DNA of 64,000 bases from Cyanophyceae cyanobacterium (GTDB lineage: Bacteria; Cyanobacteriota; Cyanobacteriia; Cyanobacteriales; Laspinemataceae). The translations under genes were made by a program, and so were the position numbers. This document shows positions 39,877 to 48,967 of the stretch, one piece after another; within the stretch, counting starts at the first letter, position 1, and each line of letters opens with the position of its first letter. A model generated the notes under the pieces. It had not been told where the DNA came from. It saw only the letters and a program-made list of their open reading frames with translations, and searched no databases. Location of the stretch: NCBI GenBank assembly GCA_038321985.1, contig JBBQFN010000010.1:64001-128000 (forward strand), written 5' to 3'.

Positions 39877-40794
39877 CAGATTTGTGTGAGTTTCCTCACT
39901 CTCTGGACTATTCCTTCACCTTAGACTTTAGGTCCGTAGGCGGTGGCCGTTACGTTTGAGGAGGTTTGTACTTTATAGCGTAGACTTTCGGGGATATAAG
40001 GGGTAATAAAGGAGAGAAATCGTTTTCCTTCCTGGGTTCCCATTCTCAGACGGTAAGCCGTTGCCGTTTTACTCAGCCCCCATTTAAATCCCCACATTTC
40101 CGAAAAATAATCAATAATGATTTCATTTTCCGATTCACAGAGGTGGGTGTTTAGATAAACGTCTAGGGCGTGAATTTTACCGTCCCTTTTTTTAAAGGAC
40201 TTGGACCCTTGGTCTAAAAACCAGATGGCGATTCCCGCTGGGGTTAAGAGGTTCAAAAACTTAGAGGTGACCGTTTTAATACCGCCACAATAGAGTTTCT
40301 TTACCAAGACCCGAGTTAGGGGAATCAACTTGGGTTCTAAACGCAGGAGTTCGTCCCCCCGGTTCGTTGTTCGACGTCGGACGCTAACGGGCTGTTGGGT
40401 GATTTGTTCGAGAAGTTGTTTTTTAAATAAAACGTAACTCTCTTGGGTCGCCCGATGAGGAATAAAAAAATTATTTTGATTTTTTTTGCCCCGACCCAAT
40501 AACATACCCACCAAAACGCCCCGTTGTTCTATTTTGGATGTGACATTTAAGCCCATCTCTAATCTCTCGCTCAAACCAGTCTCTGCACCTTCCTTTGACA
40601 GCTAGATTCGGACGGGGACAGGATCGAAAGTAAATTCTCTCCTGAGCCTTTTGTTGTTTAGCAGTTCAAAGGCTTGGCTCAAGATTACCTTATTTGTTAA
40701 AGTTACTTCTCCAGGAAGACTGAAAACAGACGTAGGCTTTCTTGAATTTGACCACATTCACTCATGGAGTTTCCTCCACGGTGCCCGATACTTC
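39877..40794 (-). ncRNA. Group I self-splicing intron (tRNA-intron, IC3-like core), 918 nt
   Basis: The 5' exon ends in U and the intron ends in G. P1 CCU|GA/UCGGG has U.G at the splice site; P2 has a GAAA tetraloop; P3 is GTGGTC/GGCCAC. Core elements AAATTCAAG, AATCTTGAGC, GTGCAGAGACT and AAGGAATAGTCC are present, and P9 is GTGAG-GAAA-CTCAC. Confidence 0.92.
39921..40556 (-). CDS. Intron-encoded two-motif LAGLIDADG (I-SceI-like) protein with substituted catalytic residues; start at ATG 40556 or TTG 40574
   Basis: Motif 1 GVLVGMLLGRG, motif 2 LTPAGIAIWFLDQG, C-terminal ITPYIPESLRYK typical of the LAGLIDADG_2 family; lies wholly inside the intron. Confidence 0.85.
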   Translation of the reverse strand: MGLNVTSKIEQRGVLVGMLLGRGKKNQNNFFIPHRATQESYVLFKKQLLEQITQQPVSVRRRTTNRGDELLRLEPKLIPLTRVLVKKLYCGGIKTVTSKFLNLLTPAGIAIWFLDQGSKSFKKRDGKIHALDVYLNTHLCESENEIIIDYFSEMWGFKWGLSKTATAYRLRMGTQEGKRFLSFITPYIPESLRYKVQTSSNVTATAYGPKV

Positions 40795-41207
40795 AGGAGG
40801 CGCTTGCTCTATCCTACTGAGCCACAGCCCCAAGGCTAAAATTGATTGTAGCAGACCAGGGGACAACTCGTCTGTAGTTTTGCGGAGTCTAGGAGTTGTC
40901 AGGGGTCGGGCGATCGCCTGTAAATTCTTGGAGGTAGCGGCTTCTAGGGTCAGGGTGGATAGACTCAGGGCGATCGCCCCAAATCTCCGTCCTGGGGAGG
41001 AGGAAACCCTAACCTTTGGAGGTTGGCAAATCACTGGATTGCGATCGCCATCACTTGGCAAGTTTGGTTTGGTCACTCAAATGGTGGAAAATGCCTCACT
41101 CTCCAGGGAAGGAAACGTCACAGAAATCGTGAAATGCTCGTCACTGAAGAGTTTTGAAGAAAGCGGGATACTTGAAGCTATCAACAAGCGCAAAAGGAAA
41201 CCTGACT

Positions 41208-41429
41208 ATGATTCGCATCCGGGACATCGTGCAACAAGCTTTGGCAATGGGGTATCTCACCGTTGAAGCTGAGGACCAGCTTCGTGATCTGCTGAGTGCC
41301 AAATATGATTTAGAAGACCTCAATGCCTTCATGACCCTACAGCACGCTAGTATGTCTGGACGAATTAAGCAACAGTCTAGGTTGACGCGCTACAAAGCTA
41401 ATGCAGATAGGAGGGACAGAGTATCTTAG
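41208..41429 (+). CDS. Small conserved cyanobacterial hypothetical protein
   Basis: AAGGA RBS before ATG 41208; IRDIVQQAL..GYLTVEAEDQLR.LL..KYDLEDLNAFMTLQ pattern. Confidence 0.7.
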   Translation: MIRIRDIVQQALAMGYLTVEAEDQLRDLLSAKYDLEDLNAFMTLQHASMSGRIKQQSRLTRYKANADRRDRVS

Positions 41430-41831
41430 GGATGCCGGCTAACCAATCCTGTTCAGGTCTCTTCTAGAGGCGGTGATTTCGGGTAGCAGAAATTCATCTA
41501 AAAAATTGCCAATTAGGGATTGAATATTTGCCAGAATTGGAGAGGGAAAGATAGCCGTTGAGATGGAATAGGCGATCGCCGGCCCTGGGAGTTAAACAAA
41601 ACCGGATATGTTATCATTTTTAGAATTTTTTAAGGAATCCGGGTAGCTTAGCTTGATATTGGAGATTGCTCTCGATTTCAAGACCCCAGTGCCATCTGTG
41701 GTGCCTTGGGAAAAATTTCCGGTAGGGGGTAACAACCCGAGGGATTAGACCCATCACCCCCTATAATTACGGGGACAACAGAGGGGCGCTAAGTAGTCCT
41801 ATCGTGCATCTAATTCAGGAGAACTCACGGC

Positions 41832-42770
41832 ATGGCATTTATCATCTCAACCATCAATATGAAGGGGGGCGTAGGGAAGACAACGCTAACCGTTAATTTA
41901 GCCACCTGTTTAGCAAAAGATTATCACAAACGAGTGCTAGTCGTAGACCTAGATACTCAAATTAGTGCGACCCTAAGTTTAGTCTCTCCTCATGAGTTTT
42001 CTAAACTGCGGAAAGAAAAACGCACTTTAAAACATTTAGTCAATGATTTTATTCAACCCATTGACCAAAAATCTTTACCCATTCAAGATGTCATCAAACC
42101 CTATATTGGAAATATTAAAGGATTAGATTTATTGCCGGGAGATCTAGAAATATATGATGATTTTATGGTATCCGAAGTTCTCCACAAGAAGGCTTTGCAT
42201 CTGGGAAAAGATAACTTTGAAGAAGTCTGGACTAAATTAGAGCAAATCTTAGTCCGAGGGGTTTTAGAGCCGGTGATGAAAGATTATGACTTTATTATCC
42301 TAGACTGCGCTCCCGGCTATAATTTATTAACTCGGAGTGCCTTAGTTGCTAGTGATTACTATCTGCTTCCCGCTAAACCCGAACCCCTATCTTTGATTGG
42401 AATTCAGTTGCTAGAAAGACGAATTAATCAACTTAGAGAAATTTACAAAGACCAAAAACCCCTTGATTTAGAAATGATCGGGATAGTTTTTACCATGTCT
42501 GGAAATTTGCTAACGGGTAGATATTATCGTCAAGTGATGCGGCGGGTGCATGATGATTTTGGAGAGACAAAAATTTTTAAGATTAGAATACCGATGGATG
42601 TCAATGTTTCTAAAGCTGTGGATAGTTTTCTGCCAGTTTCTTTAACCCATCCTACCTCAATTGGTGCCAAAGCCTTTTCCCAGCTAACCGAAGAATTTAT
42701 ACAAAAACTTCAATTGATCGTAGAGATGAAGGAGCAAAAAAATAAGCTAAATTTAGTTAATTTAGATTAA
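41832..42770 (+). CDS. ParA/Soj-family ATPase (stand-alone)
   Basis: Deviant Walker A NMKGGVGKTT, VVDLDTQ, ILDCAPG; no parB is adjacent. Confidence 0.9.
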   Translation: MAFIISTINMKGGVGKTTLTVNLATCLAKDYHKRVLVVDLDTQISATLSLVSPHEFSKLRKEKRTLKHLVNDFIQPIDQKSLPIQDVIKPYIGNIKGLDLLPGDLEIYDDFMVSEVLHKKALHLGKDNFEEVWTKLEQILVRGVLEPVMKDYDFIILDCAPGYNLLTRSALVASDYYLLPAKPEPLSLIGIQLLERRINQLREIYKDQKPLDLEMIGIVFTMSGNLLTGRYYRQVMRRVHDDFGETKIFKIRIPMDVNVSKAVDSFLPVSLTHPTSIGAKAFSQLTEEFIQKLQLIVEMKEQKNKLNLVNLD

Positions 42771-43083
42771 ATTTGTTACAAAAAATTTTTGATTTTTCCA
42801 ATTTTACAGTCAGGCGAATAGACGTCTTGAAAGTCTAGAAAAGGGAAATTTTGCCATTTATGCTACTATTAACCCGACTGGAAGGCTACCTCTAAATCTC
42901 GTTGAAATTGTGCAGCTTTCCTTAGGATAATCAACCTTGTAAAACCCGTTGAGCACGGAAGCGGACCGGTTTTTGACGAGGGGATTTAACTACTGATTTT
43001 TTCAGGTTGCAGCCCGCATATCCATGGGGCAGTATCCAGGGTAAAATTAAAAACAGCGATCGCAGTTATTCTCCTTTTTTGTC

Positions 43084-43707
43084 ATGGTATGGCGAATTTC
43101 TGGTTTTAAAACAGTTTTTCTAGCTGTAGTTGCCACTTTATCCGGACACTTGGTGGGGGATTTCCCCTTGCTTTTTACCGTGGTTCTGTTCCTGGGTATG
43201 GCTTATGCCTATCCTGTTGTTGAGTGGTTATTTTGGCGATCGCCGGGTAAATCTTCTGAGGAACGGTGGCGCTGGTTTCATTTACGGGAAGGGTTAAATG
43301 GATTAATTGTCTTTTTTGGATCCCTGTTCCTGGCAATGGCGATCGCCTCTGTGATCACGGGAGGAACCCTAATTGTGATAGTCTCTCTACTCTCAACCTG
43401 GTTTGGTGATGCGTTCACTCCGGAGTTAGCTGGGTTATTCGGACAACATACGGGTTATGGGTTGAGGCGATCGCTCTTGAGTCTGACTTTTCCAGGTTGG
43501 TTTGCGATCGCCATTTGTCTTTACCGATACGAATTTTGGGTACAGCAACAGCGATCGCGGCAAAAATCAGGGATTTCGACTCCCCCTTCCCATCGTCAGG
43601 TGAAACCCGGACCTGTGAATTCCGTCGACCTTGACCTCGATCGCCTCCGCAGTAAGTTAGGTTTAACCCACATGAAAGCGCGTCAACCGCGCAAACCCAA
43701 ACCGTAA
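43084..43707 (+). CDS. Hypothetical membrane protein
   Basis: 207 aa with several hydrophobic helices and a basic C-terminal tail. Confidence 0.65.
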   Translation: MVWRISGFKTVFLAVVATLSGHLVGDFPLLFTVVLFLGMAYAYPVVEWLFWRSPGKSSEERWRWFHLREGLNGLIVFFGSLFLAMAIASVITGGTLIVIVSLLSTWFGDAFTPELAGLFGQHTGYGLRRSLLSLTFPGWFAIAICLYRYEFWVQQQRSRQKSGISTPPSHRQVKPGPVNSVDLDLDRLRSKLGLTHMKARQPRKPKP

Positions 43708-43751
43708 TTCGCCAAAAAAACAGGATTTTGTTATAACCAAACAGTTACCGG

Positions 43752-44531
43752 ATGCAGATTGCCATGACTCAAACTGCTTTGGCGCTATACGAACCAACTG
43801 CGACTCTGAAACCCGTAGATGAGAATATCTGGATTGCCGATGGACCCCTTATTAAAATGGCGATGTATGGCACATTTATTCCCTTCTCCACCCGCATGAC
43901 CCTGGTACGTCTTCAGAATGGGGATTTATGGTGTCATTCCCCGATCGCCCTTACGGAGAGACTGAAAGCTGAAATTGATGCACTCGGTCCCGTGCGTTAT
44001 CTAATTTCTCCCAATAAAATTCATTATGCTCACATTGCGACTTGGGCAAAAGTCTACCCAGAAGCAACTGCATGGGCTTCCCCAGGGGTGCGAGAACGGG
44101 CAGCGCAGCAGCAGATTGAGGTAAGTTTTGATGCTGATTTAACCGATGAAGCGCCGCCAGATTGGAAGGCTGACCTAGATCAGGTGATATTTCGGGGGAG
44201 TCGATTTATGGATGAAGTGGTCTTTTTTCACCGCCGTAGTCAAACTTTAATTCTTACAGATTTAATTGAAAATTTTGAATTGCACAAAGTACCTTTTCAG
44301 TATAAATTGATGGTGAAGTTGGGGGGGGTTGTTGACCCAGATGGTAAAACTCCGTTTGATTTGCGGATGACATTTTTGGGGCGGAAAAACCAAGCCCGTA
44401 TTGGGTTTAAGCAGATATTGTCTTGGGAACCTAATAAAATTATTTTGGCTCATGGTCGCTGGTATGACAGGAATGGTATGGATGAGCTGCGACGGGCGTT
44501 TCGGTGGTTGGGGAGGGGGGATGAGGACTGA
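43752..44531 (+). CDS. DUF4336 family protein (metallo-beta-lactamase-like)
   Basis: TRMTLVRL..G.LW.HSP, SPNKIHY, EVVFFH..S.TLILTDLIEN, IILAHG. Confidence 0.85.
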   Translation: MQIAMTQTALALYEPTATLKPVDENIWIADGPLIKMAMYGTFIPFSTRMTLVRLQNGDLWCHSPIALTERLKAEIDALGPVRYLISPNKIHYAHIATWAKVYPEATAWASPGVRERAAQQQIEVSFDADLTDEAPPDWKADLDQVIFRGSRFMDEVVFFHRRSQTLILTDLIENFELHKVPFQYKLMVKLGGVVDPDGKTPFDLRMTFLGRKNQARIGFKQILSWEPNKIILAHGRWYDRNGMDELRRAFRWLGRGDED

Positions 44532-44632
44532 AGTCCTGACTAGGAACATGGGGAGGGGAAACGACTGAAGTCGTTATTACAAACAGGAGGGAGATGGTTT
44601 ATCCGCTTTTTGTAGTAACGACTTGAGTTGTT
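44524..44632. repeat. REP-like palindrome cluster (three units)
   Basis: AGGACTGAAGTCCT, AACGACTGAAGTCGTTATTACAAAC, GTAGTAACGACTTGAGTTGTT. Confidence 0.75.
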
Positions 44633-44734
44633 ATTTCCGCTTTTTGAAATTCCACTTATTAGAGGGGGCTCGGGTTTTTCCGGAGATCCCACGATAAAAT
44701 TGAGACAATTGAGTAAACCCTGTCGGAAAAAACG

Positions 44735-45127
44735 ATGCAAGAACCACAGATAGAAAATAATACTAACCCCACTGAGGTGCAACCCGTTGCGGCTAGTGGG
44801 TTTCAAAGAGCCTTAGGAGATTGGCGGTTGAAATTTGGGCTGATTGGATCCGCAGTGGGACTCGCGGTCCTGGGATTATTCTCATTCCTGTTCTTTTGGC
44901 ACCATACGGTAGCAGAGATGGGAATGCGGTCCTGGGCCTCTAGTGCTAGCGCGACTCCCATTGAATGCATGATTCAAGATACCAATAGCGATGGATATGT
45001 CAGTTGCAGTGCCATGTTACAAGGGCAGGTGGTGCCGTTGGAATGTGGTTCGAGTTTGTTTAATATTGGTTGTCGGGTTAACTACGGTGCCGCAGCAGCG
45101 CCCCAGGTACGGTCCCCAAATAGATAA
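44735..45127 (+). CDS. Hypothetical single-TM protein with a small Cys-containing domain
   Basis: TM helix followed by C..QDTNSDGYVSC...C......C. Confidence 0.7.
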   Translation: MQEPQIENNTNPTEVQPVAASGFQRALGDWRLKFGLIGSAVGLAVLGLFSFLFFWHHTVAEMGMRSWASSASATPIECMIQDTNSDGYVSCSAMLQGQVVPLECGSSLFNIGCRVNYGAAAAPQVRSPNR

Positions 45128-45338
45128 ATGATCGGGTTAAGATTTTCGGGTTTATCCGATGATATAGAGAGGCCCAATAATGTTGCGCCTTTACAAGTGG
45201 GGGTTTAAAGCGACTCACAGGCGATCGCCCTTTGAGTTTGTGGGATAGGGACGGTGGACCCGCGAAGGCTTTAGGGCTGACGAGGAACCGGGAGGGCTAT
45301 AATTTGGGATTGGGTCAATTCCTATACCCTGGATCTAC

Positions 45339-47486
45339 TTGTCGAGGATAACTGTGGTTCGCAAACGCCCTGAAATCATTCTGCTGTCCTTATTTCACCT
45401 CTTTGGAGAAGGCGCTCGCCCCGATCGCTGTGTTCACCCCCAATTTTCGAGCAACGGCGAACCTCGGAAAATGGGTCCGGGGTTTGTCGTTTTTTTGCTT
45501 TTCGGTGTTGCCTTGTCTCTAAGCGGGTCCACAGTAGGCAGTGCTACGCCTTTGATTTCCTCCTCTGTTCCAGAGGTGATGTCAAGGAGTCTTAATCTAG
45601 GGGAGGACCAACTGCCCGAGGGGTTTTCTCCCATAGCACAAGGCGATCGCAACGGAGTGATGCGTCAGGGAACGGAACTCCGATGGAATGGACAGGGGCG
45701 ATCGCTGGATTGGATTTCTTGGACCCTAGAGGGGAATCCGGGGCAAATTCGATACGCCATTGTGGATACGGCCCTCATGCAGCAAATGGGGGTGGAGTTG
45801 TTAAATACCGATGATGCCCGCGTTCAGCCTGTGCGTTGGTTCTCGGACCCGGAAGTTCAACCGTTAGATTTGCCGGTGCGTTGGAGTCAAAACAGACGGT
45901 ATCTGGATATTACCCCACTGGCACAACAAGCGGGGTGGCAGTTGCGAGAGTCTGGGCAATTTTTAGAAGTAACCTCACCTGTGGCAACGGTAAAGGGAAT
46001 TCAACAAGGGCAACAGCCGTGGGGCGATCGCCTCATTCTAGACCTAAAAGGGACTCCTTTGTTTACGGTCAGTTCTACCCCCATTGAAGCGACGCCCCAA
46101 GATGAAGACCCGGATCCGGATGGGGTACAAGGCGATCGCCCCCCGGTGTTACCGTTACAAGAATTTGTGATTACCCTGGATGCCAATCTCGCGCCGGAAC
46201 TCCTCAATGCCACAGCGATCGCCAAGGATAATCTCACAGGAAATAACAACCCCGTAGCATCGGCACCGACTGATTCTTCGGCCAGAACAAAAATTGCTTT
46301 AACGTTAGAACAGACAGGATTTGAGGGAATTATCGATACGTCAGGCGATCGCACCACCTTGCGATTACAGATTCCCCAGATGTGGCGACCCCGGGTATGG
46401 AGCGATCGCAATCCCAACCGCCTGATCATCGACATTCAACCGGATGTTGTCACTGAGCGTAACATCCTCTGGGCATCCGGAGTCCGGTGGCGACAGCAAC
46501 TCATCGAAGTCGCAGACAGTCGCTTTCCTGTCGTCTGGTTAGAACTCAACCATCGCAACCAGTCCACCACCTTGCTCAAACCGATTACCGCCAATCCGGG
46601 TTTACCGGGTATTGCCGAACTCAGTCAAATAGCGGATCGACTGGGTGCGAATGCAGCTATTAACGGGGGATTTTTCAATCGGAATAATCAACTTCCCTTG
46701 GGTGCCATTCGCGAAAACGGACGCTGGATATCCAGTCCCATTCTCAACCGAGGGGCGATCGCCTGGAATGATGCGGGAAGTGCTATCATTGGACGTCTCA
46801 CCTTAGAGGAAACCCTGACTACTGCTGAGGGAGAAGCGTTACCTATCTTGTTTTTAAATAGCGGCTATGTCAAAGCCGGAATTTCCCGTTATACACCGGA
46901 GTGGGGAGAAACCTATACCACCCTGATTGATGATGAAATTATTGTGGCGATCGAGGGCGGGAAAGTGACCCAACACCTCCAGGGGGCGAAAGCGGGAGAA
47001 AGCACCTTTGCCATACCGGAAACGGGGTTTTTATTAACCTTACGGTCCTTTGCATCCGCCTTACCCAGACTCCCTATCGGGACATCCGTCCTGATCAATC
47101 GGGCCACCGTCCCTTCTTACTTTGAAGTATATCCGCACATTTTAGGGGCTGGACCTGTCTTACTCAGCAATAATTCGACGGTTTTAGATCCAGAAGCTGA
47201 ACAATTCAACTCTAACTTTATCGAAGGAAAAGCCTCTCGAAGTGCGATCGGTCAAACTGCCGAAGGTCGGCTAGTGATTGCGATCGTCCACCACCGCACC
47301 AACGGACCAGGGCCCACCCTCACCGAAATGGCCCAAATCATGCAACAGCTAGGATCCGTCAACGCCCTCAACCTAGATGGTGGCGGTTCCACGACCCTAT
47401 TTTTAGGAGGTCAACTCCTAGAACATCCCCCCCGCATTATCCCCCGCATTCACAACGGATTAGGTATCTTCCTACAATCCGACTAA
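45339..47486 (+). CDS. Phosphodiester glycosidase family (NAGPA/DUF2233) exported protein; true start probably downstream
   Basis: AAINGGFF, GAGPVL, SRSAIG, ALNLDGGGST. Confidence 0.85.
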   Translation: MSRITVVRKRPEIILLSLFHLFGEGARPDRCVHPQFSSNGEPRKMGPGFVVFLLFGVALSLSGSTVGSATPLISSSVPEVMSRSLNLGEDQLPEGFSPIAQGDRNGVMRQGTELRWNGQGRSLDWISWTLEGNPGQIRYAIVDTALMQQMGVELLNTDDARVQPVRWFSDPEVQPLDLPVRWSQNRRYLDITPLAQQAGWQLRESGQFLEVTSPVATVKGIQQGQQPWGDRLILDLKGTPLFTVSSTPIEATPQDEDPDPDGVQGDRPPVLPLQEFVITLDANLAPELLNATAIAKDNLTGNNNPVASAPTDSSARTKIALTLEQTGFEGIIDTSGDRTTLRLQIPQMWRPRVWSDRNPNRLIIDIQPDVVTERNILWASGVRWRQQLIEVADSRFPVVWLELNHRNQSTTLLKPITANPGLPGIAELSQIADRLGANAAINGGFFNRNNQLPLGAIRENGRWISSPILNRGAIAWNDAGSAIIGRLTLEETLTTAEGEALPILFLNSGYVKAGISRYTPEWGETYTTLIDDEIIVAIEGGKVTQHLQGAKAGESTFAIPETGFLLTLRSFASALPRLPIGTSVLINRATVPSYFEVYPHILGAGPVLLSNNSTVLDPEAEQFNSNFIEGKASRSAIGQTAEGRLVIAIVHHRTNGPGPTLTEMAQIMQQLGSVNALNLDGGGSTTLFLGGQLLEHPPRIIPRIHNGLGIFLQSD

Positions 47487-47496
47487 GATAATGTCA

Positions 47497-47560
47497 GTAG
47501 TAACAACTTCAGGCGTTACTACAAACTAGCGCGGAAACGGCTGAAGTCGCTAGAACAAAC
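47497..47560. repeat. REP-like palindrome pair between convergent genes
   Basis: GTAGTAACAACTTCAGGCGTTACTACAAAC and AACGGCTGAAGTCGCTAGAACAAAC. Confidence 0.7.
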
Positions 47561-47567
47561 GGGGAAG

Positions 47568-48233
47568 TTATTGAGGGGGTTTGCATAGGTTTTTTAGGAT
47601 GGTTTCGTGTTCTTGGCCTTCTAGGACCCAGGGTTCTGCTGGTTTGATGCGATCGCTAAGTCCGAGGATAAAGCGGTTGCTGTCGGACCCTAATGATTCA
47701 CAAGTGGTTTGTAGACAGAGGAGGTCTCTTCCTGTTAATTGACTGAAAAAAGACGTTAATATCCCGGCTTCTAAAAAACAAACGGGACGCTTCCATTGGG
47801 GGGCTTGGTCTGCGTAGGGGGAGTTTTTAGCGATAATGATTAAGAATCCATCTTGATAATGGTCTTGATTTAACTCCATTTTTCCCCAACCCATTGTTTT
47901 CCAAAATTGTTGGAAACATTGGATGAATTGTACCATTTCCATTTGAGAAATGGCTTTCCCATAGTAATCGGATATTTCTTCACAAAAGCGAACGTAAAAG
48001 TTTTTTCCCCACCATTTACCACAGTTAAAGAGGACTAATCGGGCAGCGGACCCGGTTTCCTGTTCAAGTCCGCTATAGATGGCGGAAATTAAGGTTTCGG
48101 GAATGGCAAGGAGGCGATCGCCTCGGCGGTTTTCCAGTAGTCCTAGTTCTAAGTCGCCTTTCACATAGACATCGTATGCAAAATAGTTGCCCGGGAGTTG
48201 TTGCTCTTTAAGCAGATTAGAAATTGATATCAT
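47568..48233 (-). CDS. V4R (4-vinyl reductase) domain protein
   Basis: GLLENRRGDRL, FNCGKWWG, GWGK, C..EAG....FFS, QTTCESLG...NRF. Confidence 0.85.
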   Translation of the reverse strand: MISISNLLKEQQLPGNYFAYDVYVKGDLELGLLENRRGDRLLAIPETLISAIYSGLEQETGSAARLVLFNCGKWWGKNFYVRFCEEISDYYGKAISQMEMVQFIQCFQQFWKTMGWGKMELNQDHYQDGFLIIIAKNSPYADQAPQWKRPVCFLEAGILTSFFSQLTGRDLLCLQTTCESLGSDSNRFILGLSDRIKPAEPWVLEGQEHETILKNLCKPPQ

Positions 48234-48288
48234 AGTTTTACGGTTAGTCCTGTTCTGGGTTTATTTTTAGATAGTTTTTGAGAAGTCG

Positions 48289-48762
48289 TTATTCTGGTTT
48301 ATTTTCATCCAATAAAATGGTTTTTGCTTTCTCTAAAAACGGCTGAATTAGGGGAAATTGTTTGTCGGAGAGTTCTTCTTTCAAACCCTGGAGTAATAAT
48401 TCATACAGTTGACGTTCGACGGTTTGGCTTTGGTGATTTTGTACCAACCCGGTCATCCAATCTTTTAGGCGCAAGGTGAGAAATTCCGGGTCACTTAATA
48501 ACATGGCTGTCCCACAGTAGCGACTAATCAAGAGCCAGTGTTTTAGCGATCGCTCTAGGATTTCTTGGCTTTCATCGGGAAAGGCGGCAACCAGGCGATC
48601 GGCTACGGGTTGAAAAATTCGTTCTTCTTTGTCTCGGAGGGTTTCATATGCCTCCATTCGTCTCACCAAAGACACCGAATAGCGTCGGAAAAGGTCAATT
48701 TCAGTGGTCTGTAAATAACGCTGTTCAGCTTGTTCTAGCAGTCGCGCAATCTCGGGGTGCAT
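48289..48762 (-). CDS. Phycobiliprotein-like (globin fold) protein
   Basis: L.EQAE.RYL N-terminus and RY...AMLL.DPEFL..RL pattern resembling allophycocyanin. Confidence 0.7.
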   Translation of the reverse strand: MHPEIARLLEQAEQRYLQTTEIDLFRRYSVSLVRRMEAYETLRDKEERIFQPVADRLVAAFPDESQEILERSLKHWLLISRYCGTAMLLSDPEFLTLRLKDWMTGLVQNHQSQTVERQLYELLLQGLKEELSDKQFPLIQPFLEKAKTILLDENKPE

Positions 48763-48967
48763 GGTGATGTTTTAAGGTGGGTTTGAGCCTGAAAAAATTT
48801 AAAGCAAGCAGTCCAATCGTTCCCTAATCCTTTTTGTAGTAGGGATTGAAGCCGTTACAGCAAGTCCTACCCAATCAGATTTTAAAAGTCTAGAATTGTT
48901 CAAATTAGCCCGCTTGTGCGGGCTTTATTTGGGTCTGACGACCCTTCCCAGGTGAGACTATTTTCTC

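Larger units (their letters stand above)
39840..40831 (-). tRNA. trnR(CCU): tRNA-Arg(CCU) split by a group I intron; 5' exon 40795-40831, 3' exon 39840-39876
   Basis: The joined exons GGGGCTG TG GCTC AGTAGGATA GAGC A AGCGC CTCCT|AA GCGCT AGGTC GCCGG TTCAAAT CCGGC CAGTCCC G form a complete cloverleaf with a 7-nt loop and anticodon CCT. CCA is not encoded. Confidence 0.95.

Noticed and set aside
39874..40796. CTGAAG at both intron junctions as a target-site duplication of a DNA element inserted in the tRNA
   Set aside because: Excision between the repeats would leave an 8-nt anticodon loop. Group I rules (U at the 5' splice site, terminal G) give the correct 7-nt loop, and the ribozyme core is present.
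40742..41266. 174-aa plus-strand ORF and 104-aa minus-strand ORF
   Set aside because: They overlap the tRNA 5' exon, intron and promoter, and have no recognisable protein features; likely spurious.
39840..43000. Integrated element at the tRNA with ParA as cargo
   Set aside because: No integrase, no duplicated tRNA 3' end (att site) and no parB or rep genes were seen; stand-alone ParA-like genes are common on cyanobacterial chromosomes.
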